DNA of 64,000 nt. It comes from Paraspadella gotoi (Eukaryota > Animalia > Chaetognatha). The notes beneath the pieces were generated by a model that saw nothing but the letters and a program-made list of their open reading frames with translations, ran no database searches and had not been told where the DNA came from. Positions 12,338-25,247 of the stretch are shown here, piece after piece. The translations under genes and the position numbers were made by a program. Position 1 is the stretch's first letter. Every line of letters starts with the position of its first letter. The stretch is from positions 24,347,861-24,411,860 of the forward strand of contig CM119265.1 of NCBI GenBank assembly GCA_051294375.1. Reading direction: 5' to 3'.

Positions 12338-12727
12338 TCGCTTTTTTAAAAAGATGTTGTTTGAGAAGGGAATTAAAACTTCATCAGTGAACTAAAGCAA
12401 GATTGCGCTCGAGACGATAAAAGGAGTAATAAAAAAAAAACCGCCGCCGCCGCCGACTTCCGAACGCTTTTCTTCGCCGCCCCGACGCCGCCGCCACCCC
12501 CACCCCATCCCCCACCCCCACGGCGCCACCTCAAACGCCATTCTCTCGACCTTGCCATCATGGCCGACCGCGCCCCGTCCTCCGCCCTCGCTCTTCCTTA
12601 CCTCCTATGCTTTTAGCCTAGTCTTCTCCTCGCTTATCTTACGACAACGTGTCGACGGCGAGAGCGCGTCTTCATGGCGGCGGCCGGAGGGCGCCACCGT
12701 CTCGTTCCAGATGCACCACATAGGGTT

Positions 12728-12778
<51 letters not shown>

Positions 12779-12781
12779 TGA

Positions 12782-12812
<31 letters not shown>

Positions 12813-13423
12813 GAGAGAGAGGGAGGGGGGGAGAGAGAGAGAGAGAGAGAGAAAAAGAGCGAGAGCGAGAGAGAGAAAGAGGAAAGAGAGAGAGATGCGA
12901 AAGATGAAGAAGGAAACAATAAGGTGGGGAGCAGCGGATATCTCCGAGAAAACAAAGTGATGTAAAGAAGAAAAATAGATAGGAAAATATGAAGGAAAAG
13001 AGGAAAATAGTAAAAGTAATTGGGAAAATATGAGAGGTAAGAGGAAACGTAGGGGAACTTATAAAATCACGAATATCTCTTTAACAGTCACGGTATTGAG
13101 GTAATTGCAGGGAGCGAGACATTAGTCGAAAGATTCGTATATCAAAATTAAAGTAAACGCGGTCATATCTCGGCTTCGGTAAACATCAGTGTCCGAAGCA
13201 AGTTCGTGTCATTGGTAACCGGGGGTTGAAAAACGTCTCCTTTAAATTTTGGCAGAAGGAAGAAAATGAGTACAGAGAGAGAGCCTCAGTTGAAAAAGAG
13301 AGAAACGTTCTCGTGCTTCTGAGACGCCCGAGGGAGCAGAGATCTCACTTTCCAATGCAACCATAGGTTAGTCGCACAAGAGAAGAGAGAGAGAGAAAAG
13401 AGAAGAGAGAGAGAGAGAGAGAT

Positions 13424-13468
<45 letters not shown>

Positions 13469-13470
13469 GA
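12338..13470 (+). repeat. Second copy of segment X (4053-5096)
   Basis: Colinear with 4053-5096. Junction shares TCGCTTTTTTAAAA microhomology with the end of the inverted block. Confidence 0.9.
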
Positions 13471-13899
13471 GAGAGGAGAGCGATAACTCCGTTGCTCAAT
13501 CTCTTTCGAAACCCGGCGGTCGTTTTTTTCATGTCTCTCTCGCGCTTTTCTTTTTTCTCCTTTAAAAAAGCGAAAAAAAAAATCACAATTTTTCTTTCTC
13601 CCCTTTTCCTCACGGCGTTTGCATCCGCCTTTTCCTTTTCTTTTTGTCTTTTCTTTTTCTTTTTGTTATTTTTGTTTTAATTTTCCTTTTTTTTTCTTTG
13701 TTCTTTTTTTTTCGTTCTCCCTTAATTCTCAAAGGCGAGCCACTCTTCACTTGTTCGTGTTATGGGCGTCGAAAGGGAAAAGATAAGCGGAATGAAGACC
13801 CTCAACCACTTTCCTTTTTTTTTATTTCTTTTGGCGACGACGTGATGGCGATGAGAAGAGAGAGGAGAGAGAGAGAGAGAGAAGTGAGGAGTGAACGAG

Positions 13900-13945
<46 letters not shown>

Positions 13946-14185
13946 CGGGTTGGCTCTGTGAAAATAAAATCTGTGAAATGACTGGCGGTAAAATGATAAA
14001 TGTGAAGCGACAACCGGGTTCTGTGAGAGTCAGGTCTAAAGAGAGGATTATCCTTAGGGTAGTGTGGACGTTTGCCGAGTTCCTTTGAAAAATTTGAAGA
14101 TCCACATTGGAAATTTAAAAAAATTGGGGAAAATATTTAGAATCTTATGATGGAATTGTGGATACGAAAGTTTCAGGTTAAGAAA

Positions 14186-14260
14186 GTAAGATTCAGTAAG
14201 ATTCAGTAAGATTCAGTAAGATTCAGTAAGATTCAGTAAGATTGACTATGATTCAGTAAG
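14186..14260. repeat. 10-bp tandem repeat (AAGATTCAGT)n
   Basis: 5-7 consecutive units. Inverted, shorter version at ~11688-11740. Confidence 0.9.
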
Positions 14261-15954
14261 TTTCAAAAATCCGAGGATTTTGGGTCAGTCAACGTTTGAC
14301 CTCAACGTCGAGCCGATTGTCGTCGTTGTCTTTCTCAAAATATTCGCATTCTGGACCGAAATCCCCGAGACGAGAATGTAAACCCACGTGGGCGCTAATC
14401 TCATCTCGGTTTGGGAAAATGACGCCGATTTGACGTCGCGTCTAACGTCTTTCGACGGAGAAATGACGTCTCTTTTGGCGCGAAGGGATAACCTTTTCTG
14501 ACGCGAGAACGATAATCTCTCCAGACGAATTCGAATCGACGAACTGTGAGAGGGAGACAAAGAGGTTTTTTTTGTTGTCGTTGTTGTTGTTTTTGGTTTG
14601 TTGGTTGTTGTTGTTATTGAGGAGGAAGAAGAAGAAACGATTTCTTGTTTTCCTTTTCGTCGCGAATGTTTTCTCCGTTTTGTGAAGTTTTTTTTTTTTT
14701 AAGCCTGAAAATAAATTGAAATTTGATGTAAGCAAATGTGTATTAGGTAAATAATGTATGTATATAATGTATGTTATACGTACTGTATTTAATATATTCT
14801 ATATTATCATTATATTTAATTTAGATCTGCTTATTAACTTTTTTATTTAAATTTTAAAAAAATTTACAGAGATTTAAAAATTTTTTGAAGATAAATTTAT
14901 GAAAAAAGTTAAAAGAAAAGTGTGTACAAACTGTTCATGTAAACAGTAATGAAATAATGAAACGAAAGCGAAAGGGAAAAAAAAGAAGAAAAATAGCGAT
15001 AACAGTAAAAGTTTTTTTCGGATTTACAAAATTGCTCTTTTTCTTTCTTCCGTTGATGCCGCGTCGTAAGCACACGTTTAAAACAGGGGATGTTGTTTAG
15101 CGGCGTCGTTTACGTCTCGTTCGGAACAAAGTAGATGACTGTAACTGACATCTTGAGTCTTTTTAACGCGTCAGAAAAAAACCAAAAAAAAACGGAAATA
15201 TAATATCTTTTTTGTAAAAATTGTAACGACTTTCGTCTAATAGTAACGACGGTTTTTTCCTCTACGAATTTTTTCTCGTGATGTTACGAGACTTTTTGTC
15301 TCCTCTAAATTGGCGGCCATCTTGGAGGAAAAAAAAGAGCGTCGTGTGTCGTGAAGATGGCGTCGCGAATCACTTATCATCGAGACGGAGTAATGATTGG
15401 CCGTAAAGGAATGATTGGCTGGAGAAAAGAAAGGGAAAAAAAGGGGAAAAAAGAAGAAAAGAAGGAGGAGAAATACAAAATGGGAGATAAAAAATATCAG
15501 ATCTATTACGTCGAAGAAAAATATTCCTCGAGGCAGACAACTACAACAACTTCAACAAAAACAACAACATCAACAAAAACAACAACAAAAGCGTCAAAAA
15601 GACAGAATATGGACAAAGATGACGAGTTAGATAATGGCAAAGGGTGATAACGAAGATTATGATGATGATGACGACGATGACGAGGCGACGATGATAACTC
15701 TGAAGATGAAAACAAAGATGACGATGATGATGACGACGATGACGATGCGACAATGACAACTATGATGACGATAACAAAGATGACGATGATGAAGACGACT
15801 TCTACGATGCGACGATGACAACTATGATGACGAAAACGACGATGACGATGATGACAGTGACAGTGAAATTAGAGGTTAACAACAGTCGCCCGAAATAAAA
15901 GGCATTTAGTTCGAAGACGAAGATGACGACGAGGACAACAATGAGGATGAGTGT

Positions 15955-15962
15955 GATGATGG

Positions 15963-16015
<53 letters not shown>

Positions 16016-16030
16016 ATGATTATGATTTTT
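15955..16030. repeat. (GAT)n microsatellite; (CAT)n homolog at ~6515-6590
   Basis: Direct reading. Source of the poly-His/poly-Met ORFs. Confidence 0.95.
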
Positions 16031-16735
16031 ATTATGATGACAACGATAAATGATCGTAATATCTTCTGTTTTAAATGGATGACATTTTATTTTAGGTATT
16101 ACTATAACGTAGTTAGTTTGTGAATCTTTATGAAAAAATATTTCAATGAGCCACCGGGTCACAACTGAAGGTGGATAATAAACGTTTCTTTCTCACGAAA
16201 AAAAAAACAACATTAGTATGTATAAAAAAACACTATCATCTTAAATGGAATGAGGATAAAAATTAATATAATTGAAGCTTAACAAGAAATAAACTAGATA
16301 AAAAGGAAAAAAATATGAAAGAGAAAGTACAAAAGTCTTAAAAATAATCAGGATGGAAAACAAAACTCGGATGACGAGAAAGAAAACAAAAAAGCAACAA
16401 CGACGACGACGACGATGACGACGACGAAAACTAAGCGTCGAGATCGTTGAGAGACAACAACAACAATAACAACAACAACAACAACAACTGAAACTATTAC
16501 GAAGACGACGATGATGATGAATAAGATGATGCCGACGACGATCACGAAGACTGAAGAGTCCAAGAACAACAACAACTAGATAATTATAATGACGATGACG
16601 ACAAAGACGACGACTATTACGACGACGAAGACTTGAAAAAGTCTTAGGACAACAACAACAAGACGATGACGACAACAACGACGACGATTACAAAGATAAA
16701 GAGTCTTAGGACAACAACGACTAGACTATTAGAAC

Positions 16736-16767
<32 letters not shown>

Positions 16768-17075
16768 CGGCGACCCCGTCGACCCTTAGACGGTGACTAC
16801 GCGATCCTAAAGCGTCAAACACGAGGTAAATAAACGGAAAAGACGACAACAAAACGGCGCAATAATTCCGCTGAAAATAGATCCGAAGGCGAAGGGGAAC
16901 GATGAACGATAAAAGAGACGATTAGGATGGAGATCGACGACAACGACGATGGCCGATCGACAACGACGACAACTTGACAGAAAAAGGAGACGGAGTTAAT
17001 TGCGACGATAAACGAAGATGAGAAGAGAGAGAGAGAGACGAGAGAGGGAGAGAAGAGAGAGAGAGCAGGGAGAAG

Positions 17076-17108
<33 letters not shown>

Positions 17109-17249
17109 GAAGAGAGGGGGGGACAGAGGGACAGAGTCAAAGAAACTGGGTTAAAAGTGTCAAGAGGAAATTGTCCGCGGAAAGGGATATTTAGAAAGGG
17201 TGAGAAAGGCGGTCCTTTGATCTTTAAAAGGGAAAAGGAGGAAATTGAT

Positions 17250-17560
17250 CAAGATAAAAATAGGATAAGTAAATTAATTACAAAAGTTTTATTTTGAATA
17301 ATTCGGAATTAAATATGTAGTTTTTCCCGATCTAATAGAATTGAAACATACTTGATGTTCGATAGTTGGTGAGACAGGAATTCTGGGAATAAATCAACGA
17401 GACGGTGAGAGAGTCTTGATTGAAAGCTTTTTAGGGACCTGCTATGTCATTATCTTTTAAGAGTGATGGAGTCCCTAAACCACCAAAGCTTGTACAAAGA
17501 TAGAGGCAGGATAGTTTATTTATTAAATTAATGGATAAGTTTATATTGTTCGTATTATAA
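17250..17560 (-). repeat. Dispersed ~300-bp repeat family, copy
   Basis: GAGAGAGTCTTG...AGGGACCTGCTATGTCATTATCTT...AGAGTGATGGAG matches ~59750-59900. Confidence 0.75.
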
Positions 17561-18879
17561 GAAAAGAAAAGGTCTTATATAATGATAGAAATCGAACAAA
17601 ACAGTAACATACAATTAACATACTGATTAACCTACAAGTAAAAAACCATGTTTGACCCAATTTTCACGCACGATACATAGAGTTTAAGCTTTCACAAATG
17701 TGATTCTGTTTTCTTTTATGTTTTTTCTTCTTTGTTTTGTTTTGCTTCTTCGTCTCATTTTACTGACGAAAACAAAGAAAAATAAAATTGAATCTTTTAT
17801 GCTTCCGATTATTGGGATCAACACGCGGAAAATTGCGACACTCAACGACGTTGATGGCGAAGACGACGACGACGACGACGACGACGACAAAAATAACGAC
17901 AATAACGGAGGAAGACGACACAATTACAACGACAACGACGTCGACAACGAAGAGAACCGACGGACCACGACGACGACGAAAATAAAAACGATAACGACGA
18001 AGGACCTAACAAAATAACGACGAAGACGACGACGATAATAACGACCAAGACGACGACGATGACGATATGAATGCGGAAGTCGGCCAAAGATAAGGAGCGA
18101 AAGGAGAAGCGGATAAGAAGCGGAGACCAGATGAGAAGCGAAAGGCAGATGAGTTTCGCGAAGCAACGGAAATGGGAGATTAAGGGAAAAACTGGGTTGA
18201 GTTGAGGAGGGGGGAGTAGAAGTGGGTGGGTGGGTAGGTGGGTGGTGGCTGAGGGTGGTAAAGATAAAAGTGGAAAGAGAAAGAGACAAAAAAGAAAGAA
18301 AAAATCCACGCATTTAGACAAGAAAGGCTTACGATTTTCTTTTTCCTTTTTAGTCATTTTATTTCTTTTTCCTTTCTTTTTTTCTACTTTTTTCTTTCTT
18401 TTCTTTACTTTTTTCTTTCTTTTTTCTCCCTTTTTCTTTTCTTTTTTTCCTTTTTCCTTTCTTTTCCTTTTTTTTATTTTTCCCTATTTGACTTTTCCCC
18501 TCAAAGAAACAAAATTCCTCTGATTTTTTCCCCTCTTTTCTCTCAACCTTCATCCTCACCCGACTTGATATTAAATCGTCCCTCTAACACCACAAACCTT
18601 CGCCAACCGTCACACCTTACCCTCGTTTCCTGAGATCCTTACCCTACCCTCGCGACCCGTCCCCTTAAAGATCTTGACCTCAAACAGCTGAGAAGTTTCA
18701 TCATCCATTCTCTTCTTTGGTCAGGGGATCCGTCGCTGCGCCAAGCGGAAAAATAGGGCAGCGACTCTTTGCCAAAAAAGAGCAGCACCTTCTGGCCAAA
18801 GGAGCGAAACAATGGATTATGGAGCGGCACCTTCTGCCCAAAAGAACAATTTGATTTCTGAGCGAATGAATAAAAAAGA

Positions 18880-19215
18880 GCAAACGAATGATAAAATGAA
18901 ACGAGCGAACGAGAGAATAAACGATTGAAGACAAGAAGGTTGTTATGAACGAACGATAGAAAGAACGAATGAACGTAGTCGCAGGAACGAAGTTATGAAC
19001 GAACGATAGAACGAACGAATGAACGCATGAACAAAGGAACGTAGGAAAGAATAAAGTAGGAACAAAGGAACGAACGAAGGAACGAACGAAGGAAACGAAC
19101 GAAGAACGAAAGAACAAACGAACGGAATGAACGAACGAACGAAACGAACGAACGAACGAACGAACGAAACGAACGAACGAACGAACGAAACGAACGAACG
19201 AACGAACGAACGAAC
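18880..19215. repeat. (GAAC)n microsatellite, degenerate at its left end
   Basis: Direct reading. Confidence 0.9.
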
Positions 19216-19300
19216 AACATCTCAAAATAACTGTCGGAGATACGACACCCGATCCCGAGTTTCCTTCGTCGACGCATAAACCGAAATGTCAGCTCGAAAT

Positions 19301-19402
<102 letters not shown>

Positions 19403-19904
19403 GAGCGTGTGTTGGCATCTCTATCACACGTCCATATCGTATGATCGTCAAGTCTACTGAGGCGCACCATGTTGTGGGTAAAAGGGGAATATTTTTTTTC
19501 CTCATGTACTTTCGAGCTATCAGCGTTTGGAACCGGTCAACAATCAATCAATCAATCATTTTGTGAACGGAAACCGTTATGATTCATTTAAAATTTAATT
19601 TTTATAGCCAATCACGTAGTTTAAAATTCGACCTCGTAGTATATATAAATGGCGCCAATTATTCGTCTCCTTTTTTATAATTAATTTAATCACACCCAAT
19701 CAACCATGTTACATACGGTATGACGTTTTGCAGCCTCTTGACTCACTAATCAAATACATCATCTTCGCCATCCTTTCAAATTGACCGCAATTCTCACTCA
19801 CCCTTCGACTCACCCACCACCCATTCACGCAACAAATCGTCGGGCATCCTTCACCAATCACATTCTTCACTCGACCGATCACAGATTCTCTCTCCGTCTC
19901 TCTA

Positions 19905-19969
<65 letters not shown>

Positions 19970-20649
19970 CTCTCACAATCTCTTTGCCCTTCAGAGTTCA
20001 GCGACCAACGATTTCTTTCTTTCTCCTATTTTCTTTCTTCCATTTTCCTTCTCATTTTCCTTCTCTACCCCACACGCCTCCCCCTTTACTCCCCCTCTTT
20101 CCGGATTCGATTTCTGATATCCAGAGTCCAGAGTCCATCCGCACAAAATTAAGGTCAGATCTGAAATTGGAATCCCCTCTCGCCTCGCCCTCCCGCCTCC
20201 GCCTCCGCCCTCCCTGCCTTCCGCCCCTCGGCCCTTTCCTCTTTTCCTTCGTTGCGAAGTTTTCTTCTTCTTTCCTTTTTCCTTTTTTTTTTTATGTCAT
20301 TATCTCGGGTCCACTCTCCCTCGTAGTATGAAATTACTAGCTTCCCTTTTCTGGAGAAAAATTAGCTAAATATTTTACAAAGAATTTTAGTAGTTCGTTC
20401 ATAGATAATTTCATTTATTGTTTATTATTTGAAACCCATATCATATGGTCATATTCTCAGAATTTGATCATTACTTCACTCTTTCTCTTTTAGTTTCTCT
20501 CTTTCTTTCTCTACTTTCTCTATATCTCGCTCTCTCTTTCTCTCATTCTCTCTTTGTATCTCTCGCTTTTGTTTCTCTCTCTTACATTACCTCTCTCTTT
20601 GTATCCCTCTCTTTCTCTCCCTCTCCCTCTTCTTCACTTTCTGCCTCTG

Positions 20650-20685
<36 letters not shown>

Positions 20686-21015
20686 NNNNNNNNNNNNNNN
20701 NNNNNNNNNNNNNNNNNNNNNNNNNNNNNNNNNNNNNNNNNNNNNNNNNNNNNNNNNNNNNNNNNNNNNNNNNNNNNNNNNNNNNNNNNNNNNNNNNNNN
20801 NNNNNNNNNNNNNNNNNNNNNNNNNNNNNNNNNNNNNNNNNNNNNNNNNNNNNNNNNNNNNNNNNNNNNNNNNNNNNNNNNNNNNNNNNNNNNNNNNNNN
20901 NNNNNNNNNNNNNNNNNNNNNNNNNNNNNNNNNNNNNNNNNNNNNNNNNNNNNNNNNNNNNNNNNNNNNNNNNNNNNNNNNNNNNNNNNNNAGACGGCAG
21001 ATAAAAAAAACTTCG

Positions 21016-21247
21016 CCCTCTCTCTTCCCTTCCATTAAAAAACTTTACGAGGAAGCGAATTTATAAATCTGGTCGGGGTTTGGAGGGGGCGCTGTGTGAT
21101 AGAGGACGCCTCTTTCTGATAAAGGACGCCTCTTTCTGATAAAGGACGCGTATTTGTGATAAAGGATAATGCCGAGCCGTAAAAGAAAAAAAAATAAGAG
21201 GAGAAAACCCGTCCAAAAATCGTGAGAGTAGCAATTTTCCAAAGAAA

Positions 21248-21312
<65 letters not shown>

Positions 21313-21632
21313 ATTCTACCGCTTTTGTTGCTAGAGAAATATTTTTTCAAACGAATGATTTTTTTTCCTTCTTTTTGCGAAATTCTTGTTCCGGATTTAA
21401 TTTTTTTTTCTTTTTCTCCAAATCTCTCTCTCTTTTTTTTTTTTTTTTTTTAAATTCTTTAAATACGAGGAAATCTGCTCGGTTTTCACCCGTTTAATCT
21501 TTGCTTGTATCGGATTTGTCGTAGTTGTTGTTGTTGTTGTTGTCATCGTCGGTCTCGATTACTCTGTCATTTGCTTATTCATTTTTTTTTTATTTCTTCT
21601 TTAATTTTATCTTTTTTTCTTCACGAAAATCA

Positions 21633-21667
<35 letters not shown>

Positions 21668-22660
21668 GAAGGGTCTAGTATTTTCCAAGTCATAATTATG
21701 AGACAAATAAAACACATAAACTATTAAGTATACATATTTTTTTTTCCTTATTACATACTCTATGAATAAATATGAATAAGTACTTTTTTAAAAAAAAATA
21801 TCATCTTTTCACCCTATATTCATTGTTCATAATGGGCCCTCTCTCTTCCCTTCCAATTAAAAAACTTTACGAGGAAAGCGAATTTATAAATCTGGTCGGG
21901 GTTTGGAGGGGGGCGCTGTGTGATAGAGGACTACCTCTTTCTGATAAAGAGAGATCTTTCTGATAAAAGACGCGTATTTGTGATATAAGGATAATGCCCG
22001 AGCCGTAAAAGAAAAAAAATAAGAGAGAAAACGCCGTCAAAAATCGTGAGAGTAGGCAATTTTCCAAAGAAAAGCGGCGGCGAAAGGCGGGGAGCGGAGA
22101 GCGGCGAGGCGCGGGAAGAGGCACAGAGGCTCGAAATTATAAACAAAGATATTTGCACCCACTGCAAAATTCCGCTAAACTCCTCATATCGCCTCTGCCA
22201 ATTCATGGTAACTTATAATATATATACACAGAGGCTCGAATTATAATTAGCACCACCCTGCAAAATTCCCTAACTCCTCAATAGATTTATATAGTTAATA
22301 TTTTTTCAAACGAATGATTTTTTTTTGCCTTGATATATATATATTATATATAATTCTGTTTCAATATTTTTTTCTTTTTTAACCCAAATCTCTATCTCTT
22401 TTTTTTTTTTTTTTTTTTTACATCTTTAAATACCGAGGAAATTCTGCTTCGGTTTATCATATATATCTTTGCTTGTATCGGATTTGTCCTAGTTGTTGTT
22501 GTTGTGTTGTTAGTCATCAGATATTAGAATTACTCTGTCATTTGCCTATTCATTTTTTTTAAATATATATATATATTATTAATCAATTTATTATATATAT
22601 ATTATATACGATGTACAAACACGAAAAATCACGGATAGTCGTATTCGTCGTCGTCGTCGT
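21016..22660 (+). repeat. Tandem duplication (21016-21667 and 21836-22660); copy 1 has (GGC)n at 21248-21312
   Basis: Both copies contain AAAAAACTTTACGAGGAA..GCGAATTTATAAATCTGGTCGGGGTTTGG through CACGAAAA. Copy 2 is corrupted by ATAT runs. Confidence 0.85.
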
Positions 22661-23519
22661 CGGTGACGGTCGAAATCGTCGTTTTCAGAGTCGTCGTCGA
22701 TCGTGGCATAAATCATCCAATATATCGTCTTTCGTATCGAATACGTCGGAATTATCAGTATTTTATATGATTATTTTCATAAATTCGAGATGAATTAATT
22801 TTTCTGTATTTTTTTTTTTTTTTCTCTATTATTATTTATATCATAATATAGCCACCACCCCGTTTTTTTTTTCTTTTCTATATATATATAATAAGACGAA
22901 GCGATCTCGATAAGTAAAACACTAGATTTTTTGGACAAAACGTTCGATGAAATCTTCACGGAGGTTGATGAAAACTTAGTCTGCATCAAATCTTCCCATC
23001 CGAATCAGTTTACTTTCTAAAAGCGACAATTCTATCAAGAAGTAAATTATATATGAATTGCGGATAAAAACTTAAAAAATTTAATATTGTTATTTTCAAT
23101 TGAACACATTAAAAAATTCGATTAGTAATTATTGGTTTATATCCTAAATTTGTCCTATAAGGTCCATAATTAAGATTCCCTCGAGACGGCGACGACGACG
23201 AACGGACGACCGACGACGACTTTGACGCGAAGAAACGAAGTTGACGTTACGACGTCCGATAACCTAGACGAGGCCCGAGACGACGAGACGACGACGACGA
23301 CCGACGACATGAGAACGAGCGACGACCGACGAACGAACGGACGACGACGAACCGGCGCCCGGTTAATTGGAAGGCGTGGAGAGACAGATTGCCAGACTGA
23401 CCTCAATGGTTGAGGCGAGTGGTGCCTATATATATACCTCAAACCTTTTCTTGGACCATCCTTTTTTTCACCCATTGCGCTTATATCTTAAGATTGATAC
23501 TATAAATGGTTATTTATAT

Positions 23520-23650
23520 TATGATTTAATTAAATGGTACAAAATACATATTAAAAATTAATCCATTTATTTAATAAATAAGCTAACTATGGCCCTGAAC
23601 TTTGGACAGGCTTTGGTGGTTTAAGCTCCATCATCTTACAAGATATTATA
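23520..23650 (+). repeat. Dispersed ~300-bp repeat family, partial copy
   Basis: TGGTACAA...AATAAATAAGCTA...CCCTGAACTTTGGACAGGCTTTGG is the reverse complement of ~59800-59900. Confidence 0.7.
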
Positions 23651-24214
23651 TAATTTAGGGTTTAAGGTTTTATGGTATTTATGGTATTATTACTATATTT
23701 TAAAGCATTTGGACAGATACGTATTTAGAGAACTTATTCTAGAATGCNNNNNNNNNNNNNNNNNNNNNNNNNATTTTCTGTTTTTTGAAATGTAAAACTC
23801 AATTTTATTTAAGTTAGATGGTAAAAAGGGAATCGCACCTTTAAATAATAAAAACTTAAACTTAAACCCAATTCTTGCCATTAATACCAGATCCTTCCCT
23901 TTTCTTGACATCTCAAGCTCCCAGACCCTTTGCAGGCCCGTGCACCTTGGAGGCGCCAGAGCGAAAAAGAGTCGCTGGATTGTGAAGCCACAAAAATGAC
24001 GTTGGGTGGAGAATAAAAAAGGGAAAAGAATCAAAAAAAGGAAAAGAAAAAAGGAAAGAAAAGGAGAGAATGGAAATGATCCTCGGCGCGGCGGCCCAGA
24101 ACCAAACGAGAGGTGTTCCACCATTTTCTTTTATTTCCTTTTTTTTTCTTTTTCTTTTTTCCTTCTTTCTTTCTCTGACTTTCATTTCCTTTTTTTTTCA
24201 TGTTGTTTTTTCTC

Positions 24215-24301
<87 letters not shown>

Positions 24302-24514
24302 CTTCCTGTTTTTGCTTTTTGTCTTTTATTCCGAATGGCTTTTCCCTTCCCTTCTTTTTTCATTTAATTCAGTCTTTCTTTCTTTTTTTATCATACTTTC
24401 CTTATTTTCTAACTTCTTTTTACCTGATACTTTGATCTGCTTCTAGATTCTCCTTCCCGCCAAAATTTTCATGCTTTCTTTTGTCCCTTTTCTATCTTCT
24501 TTCTCAACCGAAGT

Positions 24515-24606
24515 CACACCTCTCCTTCGGCGCACACCTCTTTCGCCAACCATGGCACACCTCTCCTTCGGCGCACACCTCTTTCGCCAACCAGGGCACA
24601 CCTCTT
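24515..24606. repeat. 41-bp tandem repeat (CACACCTCTCCTTCGGCGCACACCTCTTTCGCCAACC..)
   Basis: Units start at 24515, 24556 and ~24597 (partial). Confidence 0.85.
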
Positions 24607-25247
24607 CATTTTATGGATGTTAGTCTCGCCTCATTTCTTTCATTTTTATCGCTCAAAATGGCGGCTCCAAGGTCGTGGGTTAGAGATGGCGTAAGCGGAT
24701 TCCCGCTCCCGTCCCCGATGGAAAAAGCGACGGGGATTACGGCGTCGCGGTTTTTCCTTCGGGACGCCGTTGGGCGGTTGACGGACGTTCGGTGTTGGAC
24801 ACCGGACATTGGGTGGCCCGATGTTGACAGGGACATGCGTGGCGGGATGTTTGGACAGGACATTGGTTGGGGGATGTTGACAGGGGTGGTGGCGTGAGTT
24901 TACGGCATGGTGGCGGGGATGTTTGACGGGACATGGAAAATCTCGTCTGGATCGAAAAGAAAAAGCCATTTGCGTCTAATACACTTAAGAAGATGCAGAC
25001 TTACGCGATTTGCGATTAATGAGAATGAGAGAGTGAGGAGAGAGATGGAGACGTGAGCGAAAGGAGAGAGAGAGAGTCAGAGACGAAGAGAAGAGGAGAG
25101 GAGAGAGAGACCGTGCGGAGAGACGAGAGAGACGAGGAGAGAAGAGACGAGAGAGAGAGAGAGATATGAGATGAGAGAGAGAGAGAGAGAGAGAAATCTG
25201 CTCTAACAAAGAAGAGAAAGCAACCTTCATTAGTGCTCAGGCACTCG

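Larger units (their letters stand above)
5122..12350 (+). repeat. Inverted duplicate (probable haplotig or gap-fill) of 13560-17418, carrying two extra insertions
   Basis: ORF track pairs on opposite strands (6379+ vs 15869-, 5865+ vs 16241-, 6860- vs 15415+). Begins immediately after a 25-N gap. Confidence 0.9.
13560..17418 (-). repeat. Inverted homolog of 5122-12350 lacking both insertions (empty-site copy)
   Basis: Reverse-complement colinearity, with empty sites at ~14931-14938 and ~14800. Confidence 0.9.
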
